Source: a virus. From it: 64,000 nucleotides of DNA. A program made the translations under genes and the position numbers. Shown one piece after another: positions 16,056-25,437 of this stretch. Every line of letters begins with the position of its first letter. The stretch's first letter is position 1. Under the pieces are notes generated by a model that ran no database searches, was not told where the DNA came from, and was given only the letters and a program-made list of their open reading frames with translations. The stretch lies in UHGV virus genome UHGV-0090440; one strand, 5' to 3'.

Positions 16056-19000
16056 TTAAGCCGCCGCTTCAATGATTTTACGCACTTCATCAATTGAATA
16101 GCGCGTCGATACCATCCAGGCCGGACGGTCAAAGTCCACATCGGCAACCGGGTTAACTTCGAAGTTCCAGAAACGCCCACCGATTTTCTTGATGGCATCT
16201 TTTGCGTTGCGAATAGATGAAGATCCGGGCATATCTGCAATGAGATAAACAGCACCAGCGTCTTCACTTACGCTCCACCAGCGACCGCGGACACGTGCTT
16301 TGGCGCGAATAGGCTTATCGTTTACCACGATAATGTAATCATCATTTGCTGCCTCGTCAGCCTTGTTCTCAGCAGCATCAGCCTGTTCTTCCCGTTCAGT
16401 CTTAGCCGCCGCAAGACGTTCAGCAATCTCTGACTCCGTAGCGCCACTATTTTTAAGCGACACAAAGTCATCCCACGTTGCAGATTTCAGAGCATCAGGC
16501 AACTCTTCCACATACCCGCCCGCTTTTAAGGCGTTAGCATGGCGTATAGCCATCCCGACAAGACGATTCAAGCTATCTGCATCTGCGAAATCATCACGGG
16601 TAATGCTTTTATCCTCAAATGCATGAATTAACGCCCCCGCTTTAATCCAGACTGTTGCAGATGTTTCAAGCGGATTATCGGCATTAGAAATGCTTAGTTG
16701 CGCACTGTAAACTGACTGACCTGCCAACGAGGCAAGTGACGCCCAACCATCTGCATCACTTTGCATTTTGTACTGATCAAACAGCGCATCACGCCATGCA
16801 TTTAGCGCCATGCGTGTTTTCTCAATTTTGGTTGTGATTTTGGACGTTCGCAGTTGTTCGAACATCTGCGAAATCTCTGAACCATTGGTGAAGGCTTTCA
16901 TGCGCCCCTGGAAATCGCGGAAAGAAAGCACGCCTCGCCAGTACGTTTCCAGGCCTTCTCCATTTGGCTTGCGGAACAAGCTGCGGACATCTTCCTGAGT
17001 CACTTTTTCAAGTGAACGCCCGGAGAGATCGCGCCCTGCCATCCAGCCATCGAACGCCTTGACCACATCATCCATAGTGGCCTGAGCGCCCCATGCCTCC
17101 ATACCTTGCTCATAATCGAAGCCAAACAATGCACGGAGAAAACCTTCTGCCTCTGAAATACGAAGTGGGTTATCACCTGTCTGGATTTTCGCGACTTCGC
17201 GTTTTAATGCTTCGTCGTTTACATCAGGATAAATCCATTGTTCAGGTGCTATCTCGTCACTTCCAGATGCGCTAATTTTTTGACCAATCATCCCGCCATA
17301 GGTAAAGGCCATTTGAATCTGACCATTGGCGTTACGATAAGCCCAATAGTTTACATCCGGTGCTCCTTGCCAACCGCCACGATCTCTCCCAGTTACCCGC
17401 ATAACACCGCTACGAATAGCGTCATAGAATTGATCGCGAGAAAGAGAGGTTGAAAGCTGGTGGCTTTGAACACCACGTGCCGCTATTTCTCGTGATTCAG
17501 CCACCCCCTCTTCAAATGTTACCGCTTCAACCACTGAGTCAAACGGTAATGTCATGGTTGAGCCAGGAGAACGAGAGTGGCGACTTGCTCTATCCAGCCA
17601 GGCGACGCGGCAGGTGTATTGCGCTTTTTCGCCCTCAATTTGTGTCACGCGTACAATCGCCGTTGTCTCGTATTCAGCATCAATGACTGCACGGTAGTAA
17701 CTACCTTTATGCAACAGGATGTTCTTGCCAGTGCGCATATACTCCTGCGGGTTCTGAATAACATCGATACTGATATCCAGCACACCAGACTTAATAGCAC
17801 GCTCCACATCACCACGAGAGCGTTTCATAACAGTATCCGCGTCCTTCGCCCTGGTGATTGCAAATCGCAATTCACGCACTCTTTTTTTAGCTTTGCTTAG
17901 TGCTGAAAGCGTATATTTCTGTCCGTTTTTGTTGGTGCCGCTCTTAATCAGTCCATCCAGATCACTCTGGTATCGTTGCGCCTGCTCCATCGCGCTTTTC
18001 AGTTCTGCCTCCATCATGCCGATATCCTTCCCGGCAGCATTCGCCGCTTTCAGGTAGTTATCGAGAGCATTATTGGCTTCGCGTTGCGCTTTAAGTCGCA
18101 GGCGTTCCTCACGTTCTTTCGACTGACGAGCCATAATTGCGCGTCGTTCTTCCGGATTTGCCGCCAGCATAATGGCGCGTTCATCAGCGTCATCCGCATC
18201 ACCATTGGCGATCTCTGACATATCGGAGGTCATCACCATCTTGATCCAGTCTTTCTTACGTTTAAGCGTATCCAGACGGAAGTCATCGAATGTGCCTTTG
18301 CCACAATAATAGTGAACATTAACCTTCTCTTGCGGAGAACCTACGCGCGCACCGCGCCCATTTCGTTGGTCGATACTGGCAGGAGTCCAGGGTAGTGTCA
18401 GGTGGTGAATATCGGTCGTTCCAATATGCAGGTTGATACCTACTTCGGCTTTCTTGTTACAGATAATGATCCGCGTGCGCCCTTCGTTATAGTCGGCAGC
18501 AATACCTTCCATCCCCTCAAGGCCAGCATCATTTTTAGCAGAGAGATAATCCTCATATTGGGCCAGTTTACTGTAGTAGGTTTCCCATGCGCCTTCTTTG
18601 TATTCACCGTCTTTGTTTGGCGTCGGTTCGGTCGGTTTTTTGACCTTTTTCAGCTTAACACCACCAGCCTGGCTAACAGTCGTAGCATTGATAATGCCTA
18701 TCTCCTGCTCTGACATTTGCAACGCACTGGCAATGATGCGACGTAGTTTCTGGTGCTGGGCTTTCTCGTCGATAAAGATAATTTGCTTACCGTTCTTAAG
18801 CCCTTCACGAAGGTTCTCGATAAGTGCGGCATACTTAGGCGGGATCGGGTGTGACACCTGTTTCATGTCGATGCCTGCATCAGCAATTGCCTTGAGTATT
18901 TCAGCCTCCAGGTCAATGCTGGCACGCAATTCGACGTGATTTGGATGCTCACTAAATGTTGTAGCTACAACCTTGCTGGTACGGGTACTGACCAGGCCTC

Positions 19001-22000
19001 CGGTCGCATCCTCCTCTGCTTCTTCTGCATCGTCTGCCGCTTTCCCACCAGCCACTTTTGGTAGGTTATTAGCTATAGACTTCACCTGTTCAGTAAGCTC
19101 TACAGGGAACTGGAATGTGATAGCGCTGGCGTAAAGATCCGGGTCGATAGCGACCTTATCCATGTCGCGAATGATAGAGAAAATGAAATCATCCGGTTTC
19201 TCGCGAGTGATATTGCCTTCATCATCGACAGTGACGTCATCACCACGACTTAACTCCTGCGCGCGTTTACGAAGCTCTTCATAAGCTGCTTGCTGCTCTG
19301 GAGTCATTGGGATCTGCAAGGTGTTTTCGACGATATCCGGGATTTTTACCGTTGCACCAACATCGGAAGCCGTTTTAAGCGTTGTCCAGCGGTGGAAAAT
19401 GCCACGCAGACCATCAAGGTTCTGGAAGCCCACCAGCCCCTGTTTCTCTTCCACTTCGCCAGAAATTTTCTGGACCTGAACAGTGGCTGTTTTACCGAAC
19501 ACTCGCACAAAGTCGTCAGGGGTAATAATCCCCATGTGCATCCACTCGTGCTGAGGGATCACCGTTGACAGCATGTTGAAGGCGTCAATAGGGCTATTAA
19601 CCAGCGGAGTTGCTGTCAGCATTACGACGCCGCGCCCATTGTGACGTTTCATCATGTACGCAGCTTTTACAGCCATGTCACGGGCCATTTTGGATACCGC
19701 CGGATTAGGTAAATATGCCAGTTGCCCCGCTTCACGCCCGGCACCAAAGGAGTTGCGGTAGTTGTGCCCTTCGTCGGCAATTACGCTATCGAAGTTCATA
19801 TCCTCAAAGTACGGGATATTCTGCTTCTTCGCTGTACCGGTATTCGCGGCCTGGTCCTTAATCTTGTTCTTCTTCTGCGCATCACGGTGCTTGCCTGACG
19901 CCAGGTCAAGACGCCCCATTTCGGCGGCATTAAAGACAGCCTGCTGTGAGTTTTCTCCGATGGTTTCATCGCGCAACGGGATAGATGCGAACTGCTCTTT
20001 TGTCATGATGACCGTTCGCCAGTTCGACGATGGGATCATGTTCATGCGTTGAGCGATAACGGCACTGGCGGATTCTTTAACAACATTACGGGTGATCGGA
20101 TTGCCGTCGTTATCAAGTCGCGGGGTGCCGTCCTGGTCGAGCACTGGGGCAGTCTGAATATTTCCGTCACCATCGCGCACTTCGTCCAGACCGATAAACA
20201 TCATATTGGCGAAGGCATCTGCACTGTAGAAGCTCTGTGCCTCGTGATACCAGTTCTGGTATACGGCCTTTGGAACAACGATACAGGTACGTTTGGTTCG
20301 CCCGGTTTCAAAGTTATAGGCTTCCAGTGCCAGCGCGGTCGTCGTTTTACCCAAACCAGTTCCGAATCCCATAATCCCGCGCCCATCTTCCGACAGACGA
20401 CGAACTTCTTCGTTCTGGTAAGAAAGCGGTATACGTTTCCCGCTGATGCCTTCAAGCCCCAGGGGTGCGTCTGAATGGGTAAATGGAATATAACCGTTAA
20501 AGGCGTCGTTATAATCGCGGGCGATCTGGTCTGCCTGCGGGTGAGTTCTTAACCAGTCGTTAAAACTCGTCTCAAGCTGGGCGATTTTGTCCAGGTACTC
20601 GTTAGCGTTCTGTCCGCGCGGTTTAACACCGTTCAGGTAGTTCTCAAGCTGATTCAGGAAGCCATCTTTGTTATTCGCTTTCTTGAACTCGTTCCCGTTT
20701 TTGCCGTTTACGGTTCGTAGTTGATAGCCAGTAAATACCCCGTCCTTACCTTCGTAATCGTCCGGGGATACCAGAATGCCGTTCTCAACCTTAAGGTCGG
20801 GTTCTGTATACTTAAACTCGTCATAGCCCTGCTCTGCCAGGAACTCTTTTATCAGGCGGCGATCCAACCACCGTGCGTTAAGGTTTACCGTGACTTTGTT
20901 CAGCGGTGTAAACGTGCGTTTCTCTTCGATTTTTGAAAGCTGGCGCTCAAAGTTGGCCTTCCGCTCTCCTGTGGACGCGTCTCGCCAGCCCACCAGCAGT
21001 GCCACTTTTGATTTAATATCACCGCTGGTGGCACGGCCCATCGGTAGCAGGCAACCATATCCATCAATAGCGATATCGTCGAATTTCGCCAGGTATTCCA
21101 GTGCTTGATCGTCGTCTTCTGGCAGTTCGCCTTTAAACGCCTCGCGGAAGTCATCAAGATTGATAGGATTAAGGGCAACATCGCTGAAAAGGTGTGTCAC
21201 AACCTGTTCCGGACGAGTGAAATCAATACCAGCAGCCCCTTTGCTAACATCAAGCCGTCCGGACAGCAGATCGGATGCTTCACCGTCCTGATTGACGTTC
21301 CCGGTAAATGTCAGCCAGTTCTTCGCGCCCGCTTCGGTAATGTCGTTTAGCTTAATGGCGTGTGGTGGGCCATATTTAGCAACTTCGGCAGCCGTCAGAC
21401 GTGCGGCATCAGCCAGTTCATCATCGACGTTTTCACCAAGGTTACGCTTATCCAGCGCTTTATTGATAAGTTGCCCGATCAGCGCACCGCGCATAATGCG
21501 CTCACGGTCTTTTTCGCGTTGTTTCCCAGCAAAGCGAATCATTGCCGCTACTTCATCACTGATAACCGATGGATAGTCGGAAGCGATCGCGGATATCTGC
21601 CCCCATGACAGAGCCAGAATGCCGTTTGTTGATTGGAACGTTGTTTGCAGATCACCGAATGTCGAAACACCATATCGGCTTACATCAAGTACGGAGGATT
21701 TGGTTGTCGCATCTTTAACCCATTGCAGGCCATCAAACTCGTGCCAGATGCCACCTACAAGGCGCTTGTCTCCTACTTTGGCGCCCTGCCATGCCTGAGT
21801 AGTTACGCCAAGCAAATCCCAATTAATGCGGCTTTCAAAGCGGCGTGATAGCGCGGTTTTCATCGACTCATTGGATACACGACCGTCCTTTTTCACCACC
21901 AGAGTATTGCGGAAGCTGGTACGTTCCATGTCGCCGTAAACAAATCGCTTCCCTTCGGTTGTAAACCATTTTCCTTTGAGGAAGGTATCCCAAAGGACGT

Positions 22001-22973
22001 TTGCCGATTTGAGTGTTGAATCATCCGTGTCGGGGATCATCTCCAGGAAGGTTTCCGGGTGTTTACGCAATACCCATACGTCCACCACGGTATCTGTACC
22101 GGATTCGCTGAACGTACCGGAAGGCATACGATGTGCGCCCAAAAATTCCGCTTTACGGCTGACTTTATCGCGCAATTTTTTATATTTCGTACCATCGGTC
22201 ATGCCATTCGGCACCACCAATACGATAAGCCCACCAGGCTTAACCTTGTCGATCGTGCGCAGCACAAAGTAATTGCCAACGTTCTTCTCGTTTGCATATG
22301 CCGGATCAAGCCCGGCGACACCGGAACGCCCTTCACCAAACGGTACGTTACCAACAGCGTGATCATACATTGCGTCTTTCGCCGCCAGCGCCTCAAACGC
22401 CCCGATATTCACATCGTCTTCCGGGTGCAAAAGCTGGTTTATTCGACCGGAAATCGGAGACAGTTCGGCGCTGGTCATTATCATGCCCTGTCGTTTTGTC
22501 TCCTGGAAAATACCTGTGCCCGCTGATGGTTCCAGTACGTGCCCGCCATCAATACCGTAGTCAGCAAACAGATCCCATATACCTTCAGCCATAAACTGTG
22601 GCGTGTAGTATTCGTATTGGCTGCCCTCACCATCTGTCAGGCCGCCTTCACCGGTATACCCGGCAAGAATCTGACGCTGTTCGTCAGTTAATTTCGCCCC
22701 ATCGAAGCCGGGCGGAAGGGAATTAAGAAGCTCTACTGCGGCGTTGTTTGCTGCCCGCCGTGTTTTTTGAATACTGACACCATCGACTTTCTTAACGCCA
22801 AAGGTCGCAACAGCACGTAATTTATGCAACCGGCTAACAATCTCAATCAGTTCGCCTAAGCTGGAGGCTTCACTGATTGAATGAAGTAGTTTATCCAAAG
22901 GATTACCCCCTCTAAACCGTAAAAAATCCGCTATGCGGTACGGTTGAGAGGGTATGGAGAATGTTATTTTCAC
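16056..22973 (-). CDS. darB: DarB-like antirestriction protein (N6-adenine methyltransferase fused to DExH/SNF2-type helicase)
   Basis: 2305 aa; MTase motifs VLEPSAGTGIF (SAM-binding) and NVPFG; helicase motifs GTGLGKT (Walker A), ADEGHNYRN (DEGH), LTATPLVNSP, QRNGRGARVG (motif VI). Size and architecture match P1 DarB as recalled. Confidence 0.85.
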   Translation of the reverse strand: MKITFSIPSQPYRIADFLRFRGGNPLDKLLHSISEASSLGELIEIVSRLHKLRAVATFGVKKVDGVSIQKTRRAANNAAVELLNSLPPGFDGAKLTDEQRQILAGYTGEGGLTDGEGSQYEYYTPQFMAEGIWDLFADYGIDGGHVLEPSAGTGIFQETKRQGMIMTSAELSPISGRINQLLHPEDDVNIGAFEALAAKDAMYDHAVGNVPFGEGRSGVAGLDPAYANEKNVGNYFVLRTIDKVKPGGLIVLVVPNGMTDGTKYKKLRDKVSRKAEFLGAHRMPSGTFSESGTDTVVDVWVLRKHPETFLEMIPDTDDSTLKSANVLWDTFLKGKWFTTEGKRFVYGDMERTSFRNTLVVKKDGRVSNESMKTALSRRFESRINWDLLGVTTQAWQGAKVGDKRLVGGIWHEFDGLQWVKDATTKSSVLDVSRYGVSTFGDLQTTFQSTNGILALSWGQISAIASDYPSVISDEVAAMIRFAGKQREKDRERIMRGALIGQLINKALDKRNLGENVDDELADAARLTAAEVAKYGPPHAIKLNDITEAGAKNWLTFTGNVNQDGEASDLLSGRLDVSKGAAGIDFTRPEQVVTHLFSDVALNPINLDDFREAFKGELPEDDDQALEYLAKFDDIAIDGYGCLLPMGRATSGDIKSKVALLVGWRDASTGERKANFERQLSKIEEKRTFTPLNKVTVNLNARWLDRRLIKEFLAEQGYDEFKYTEPDLKVENGILVSPDDYEGKDGVFTGYQLRTVNGKNGNEFKKANNKDGFLNQLENYLNGVKPRGQNANEYLDKIAQLETSFNDWLRTHPQADQIARDYNDAFNGYIPFTHSDAPLGLEGISGKRIPLSYQNEEVRRLSEDGRGIMGFGTGLGKTTTALALEAYNFETGRTKRTCIVVPKAVYQNWYHEAQSFYSADAFANMMFIGLDEVRDGDGNIQTAPVLDQDGTPRLDNDGNPITRNVVKESASAVIAQRMNMIPSSNWRTVIMTKEQFASIPLRDETIGENSQQAVFNAAEMGRLDLASGKHRDAQKKNKIKDQAANTGTAKKQNIPYFEDMNFDSVIADEGHNYRNSFGAGREAGQLAYLPNPAVSKMARDMAVKAAYMMKRHNGRGVVMLTATPLVNSPIDAFNMLSTVIPQHEWMHMGIITPDDFVRVFGKTATVQVQKISGEVEEKQGLVGFQNLDGLRGIFHRWTTLKTASDVGATVKIPDIVENTLQIPMTPEQQAAYEELRKRAQELSRGDDVTVDDEGNITREKPDDFIFSIIRDMDKVAIDPDLYASAITFQFPVELTEQVKSIANNLPKVAGGKAADDAEEAEEDATGGLVSTRTSKVVATTFSEHPNHVELRASIDLEAEILKAIADAGIDMKQVSHPIPPKYAALIENLREGLKNGKQIIFIDEKAQHQKLRRIIASALQMSEQEIGIINATTVSQAGGVKLKKVKKPTEPTPNKDGEYKEGAWETYYSKLAQYEDYLSAKNDAGLEGMEGIAADYNEGRTRIIICNKKAEVGINLHIGTTDIHHLTLPWTPASIDQRNGRGARVGSPQEKVNVHYYCGKGTFDDFRLDTLKRKKDWIKMVMTSDMSEIANGDADDADERAIMLAANPEERRAIMARQSKEREERLRLKAQREANNALDNYLKAANAAGKDIGMMEAELKSAMEQAQRYQSDLDGLIKSGTNKNGQKYTLSALSKAKKRVRELRFAITRAKDADTVMKRSRGDVERAIKSGVLDISIDVIQNPQEYMRTGKNILLHKGSYYRAVIDAEYETTAIVRVTQIEGEKAQYTCRVAWLDRASRHSRSPGSTMTLPFDSVVEAVTFEEGVAESREIAARGVQSHQLSTSLSRDQFYDAIRSGVMRVTGRDRGGWQGAPDVNYWAYRNANGQIQMAFTYGGMIGQKISASGSDEIAPEQWIYPDVNDEALKREVAKIQTGDNPLRISEAEGFLRALFGFDYEQGMEAWGAQATMDDVVKAFDGWMAGRDLSGRSLEKVTQEDVRSLFRKPNGEGLETYWRGVLSFRDFQGRMKAFTNGSEISQMFEQLRTSKITTKIEKTRMALNAWRDALFDQYKMQSDADGWASLASLAGQSVYSAQLSISNADNPLETSATVWIKAGALIHAFEDKSITRDDFADADSLNRLVGMAIRHANALKAGGYVEELPDALKSATWDDFVSLKNSGATESEIAERLAAAKTEREEQADAAENKADEAANDDYIIVVNDKPIRAKARVRGRWWSVSEDAGAVYLIADMPGSSSIRNAKDAIKKIGGRFWNFEVNPVADVDFDRPAWMVSTRYSIDEVRKIIEAAA

Positions 22974-23048
22974 GGGGACGATACTACCGTCAAAATCACA
23001 TACTCCCCATAGTTTGCCTACTTATTAACCAATGACCGGAAAAAAAAT

Positions 23049-23534
23049 ATGGCAAACATTGAACCTCGCTGGCTAATTGAAGCACGTAAGCACATTGGCC
23101 TGACTGAAATAAAAGGCGCTAAACACAACCCTGAAATCGTTCAGTTTTGGCGCGACATCAAGCGCAGCGGAATTAAAGACGATGAAACGCCGTGGTGCGC
23201 AGCATTTGTCGGTGCAATGCTGGAACGTGTAGGCATCCGCTCAACAAGATTTGAGTCGGCAAAATCCTATCTGGATTGGGGCGAGAAATTAGATACACCG
23301 GCATACGGATGTATCGTTGTATTTACCCGCGTAGGCGGTGGGCACGTAGGCTTCGTTGTCGGACGCCGCGCCAATGGCGATCTGCTTGTCCTGGGTGGGA
23401 ACCAGGGGGATGCGGTTAATATTCGCGCATTCCCAACATCAAGAGTGTCTGGCTATCGCTGGCCTGCTGGCGAACCACGCAATACCGCTCTGTTACCAGT
23501 CGGAGACGCAGCAACCTCAACTAATGAGGCATGA
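23049..23534 (+). CDS. CHAP/NlpC-P60-type peptidoglycan hydrolase
   Basis: 161 aa with Cys (ETPWCAAFVG) and His (GGGHVGFVVG) arranged as in CHAP/TIGR02594-type amidases; divergent from darB. Confidence 0.65.
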   Translation: MANIEPRWLIEARKHIGLTEIKGAKHNPEIVQFWRDIKRSGIKDDETPWCAAFVGAMLERVGIRSTRFESAKSYLDWGEKLDTPAYGCIVVFTRVGGGHVGFVVGRRANGDLLVLGGNQGDAVNIRAFPTSRVSGYRWPAGEPRNTALLPVGDAATSTNEA

Positions 23535-23539
23535 AAAAA

Positions 23540-23558
23540 GCCCCGACCAGGCCGGGGC
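23540..23558 (-). terminator. intrinsic terminator (minus strand)
   Basis: Minus strand reads GCCCCG-GCCTGGT-CGGGGC followed by TTTTTT; abuts the CHAP stop codon. Confidence 0.45.
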
Positions 23559-24190
23559 ATCACGCTTCAAGTCACGATCCAATCATTACCGACTATATCA
23601 GCCGTCGATAAATCAACTTCCCGGATCTGGAGTCCATCAGTGTGCCTCCGCAATGCTGGGATTGGTAATATTGCGATACCAGGGATTAGTGTTTGGTTGT
23701 GGGGAAGTAGAGAAACGACCAGTAAGAACACCATACTGATCAGGGATCAGAGAACGGGCTTCTTTTTCGGTTGCGGCAATTGCGAAGTGATCGCAGTGTT
23801 TTTGCAGGGAGTGGAAACGCCAGATGAATTCTGGACGTGAGCAAGGATTGGCATTAACCATAGTTACGGCCTCACTAACAGGTTTAACAACCTGCTACCC
23901 GCTGTCAAACAGGTGGCAGGACGTGACAGGGTTGACAGACTGGCGTTAGTGAAACCAGCAGGCCGAAGCCTCCCCATCACGCCCCACCATAATTCGGGCG
24001 TAACGCGATTTACGGACACAAAAATACCGCAATATCGGAAATCTGCGGTTGTCCGCACTAACATTCAGGCTGTCAAACCTGGTCGCAGAATTTGCTACGA
24101 CGGCATTAATATAAGCCTGAAAACATGGAAGATCAACTAAAAATTTCAGCAATGGATGACTTCAGTCGATGATGCAGATCATACATTCCG

Positions 24191-24220
24191 ATTTAGAAAC
24201 AGGAAATTAATTTTCTAATA
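24191..24220. promoter_or_regulatory. pair of inverted motif copies (ATTTAGAAACAGGA weak; TATTAGAAAATTAA strong on minus)
   Basis: TTAGAAA and TTTCTAA half-sites 8 bp apart in the 700-bp non-coding gap between the CHAP gene and the 320-aa gene. Confidence 0.35.
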
Positions 24221-24274
24221 CAAATCATCGAGCGAGCATTTGCCGATCATTGGGAAGTTTTGTAGGCACACAGG

Positions 24275-25237
24275 TCATCCCCTAAATCCCGCAGGGATTG
24301 ACCAATCCTCCCGGTCAAATTCAGACCGATAGCCACGCTGTTTCATCAGGTCAAAGGCTTCACCAATGGTTGCACACCCCTGGGAGCCAGAATAATCCAT
24401 TGAGAAATCCAGGACACTGGATTGTTTAGGCTTATTCACTGCGGTAGCGGCACTACGTATCCATGCAAATTTTTTTGCCAGCTTTTCAGCGGTACGATAC
24501 AGAGCCTGCCGTTTTGCGTGCCCCTCGTCTGAACGACGCTTTGCAGCTCTCGCTTTTGCCGCCGCCAGGCAGCGGTTGGTATGTTCTTCCCTGATTACTG
24601 GTTTTTTATCCAGCGCCCCATTATCCGCTTGAGAACTATCTGCTGGTGAAGCCTTTGGCTGAACCGCGCATGATCTTTCTCTTCTTTTTGCTATAGAGTG
24701 ACTCTTATTTTCTATTGGCTGTTCATTTTGAACATGGGGGGACTTGTTCAAAATGAACAGGGGGTTCCCAGTTTCAAAAAAATAACGAACCTTTGAAATC
24801 AACTGCTTAACCAGTTTTGTGGCGTTGGCAAATTTGATGCCCTGCTTACCCCCTATCTCCATTGCTGCATGAATGAAGTGGAGAAATTGTGTCGTAAACC
24901 GATATACGTTACACACCTGGGCATTGTTATTCGCTACCTGATGTTGCCTAACAAGCATTCCGCACTTCGTCGCTTCAGCAAATGCCCGGCGTACAGTAGA
25001 AATACTGCGTCCTGTAATCTCGGACATATCAGCATATGAGCGACGGATCATGTATTCATCGGTAGCCCCTGCCAGGTTGGCGAACTCGGCAATAATAGCG
25101 CTATGTGAAGGGGAAAGAAGACCGCTATGACGAGCAAAAAAACTCAACTGATGACCTTTGATTTTTTTGTGGTATTCAGTGTTGTTTTTATACTCAGAAG
25201 TGTTGAAAGTTACTGAAACTGAATTTAAAATATTCAT
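24275..25237 (-). CDS. HTH-containing protein with basic C-terminal half; candidate replication or regulatory protein
   Basis: 320 aa; probable HTH (MSEITGRSISTVRRAFAEATKCGML), Lys/Arg-rich C-terminal region; coding sequence carries two 15-bp palindromes. Confidence 0.55.
   Translation of the reverse strand: MNILNSVSVTFNTSEYKNNTEYHKKIKGHQLSFFARHSGLLSPSHSAIIAEFANLAGATDEYMIRRSYADMSEITGRSISTVRRAFAEATKCGMLVRQHQVANNNAQVCNVYRFTTQFLHFIHAAMEIGGKQGIKFANATKLVKQLISKVRYFFETGNPLFILNKSPHVQNEQPIENKSHSIAKRRERSCAVQPKASPADSSQADNGALDKKPVIREEHTNRCLAAAKARAAKRRSDEGHAKRQALYRTAEKLAKKFAWIRSAATAVNKPKQSSVLDFSMDYSGSQGCATIGEAFDLMKQRGYRSEFDREDWSIPAGFRG
24720..24764. repeat. tandem pair of palindromes TGTTCA-N3-TGAACA each followed by a G-run
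   Basis: TGTTCATTTTGAACAtgggggg (24720-24741) and TGTTCAAAATGAACAggggg (24745-24764) inside the 320-aa ORF. Confidence 0.45.
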
Positions 25238-25300
25238 CAGATAGTTCCGTGAAAAAATCTATCTACCGTATAAATCTATGCCAGTGGATTTATACACCCA

Positions 25301-25332
25301 AAAGCCGCTTCTCAGCGGCTTTTGCTTTTTTT
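25301..25332. terminator. intrinsic terminator-like hairpin
   Basis: AAAGCCGC-TTCTCA-GCGGCTTT followed by TGCTTTTTTT on the plus strand; separates the 332-aa and 320-aa genes. Confidence 0.4.
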
Positions 25333-25410
25333 GGCAGTCGCTACCGGAGCAGTGACCGCGATCCTACTCGATCACATCGGACAGAATCAACAGTGTATAT
25401 AAATACACTA

Positions 25411-25424
25411 TGTTAGAAATTTAA
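25411..25424 (+). promoter_or_regulatory. recurrent 14-bp motif site (TGTTAGAAATTTAA)
   Basis: Identical 14-mer to the site at 1760-1773. Confidence 0.4.
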
Positions 25425-25437
25425 TTTCATTCTGCGG

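Noticed and set aside
16016-16267. 83-aa minus-strand ORF overlapping the darB 3' end
   Set aside because: Alternative frame inside darB with no independent support; the 144-aa gene at 15585-16019 is the likely downstream gene.
16363-22594. Many plus-strand ORFs inside darB
   Set aside because: Antisense shadow ORFs within a continuous 2305-codon frame with clear domain motifs.
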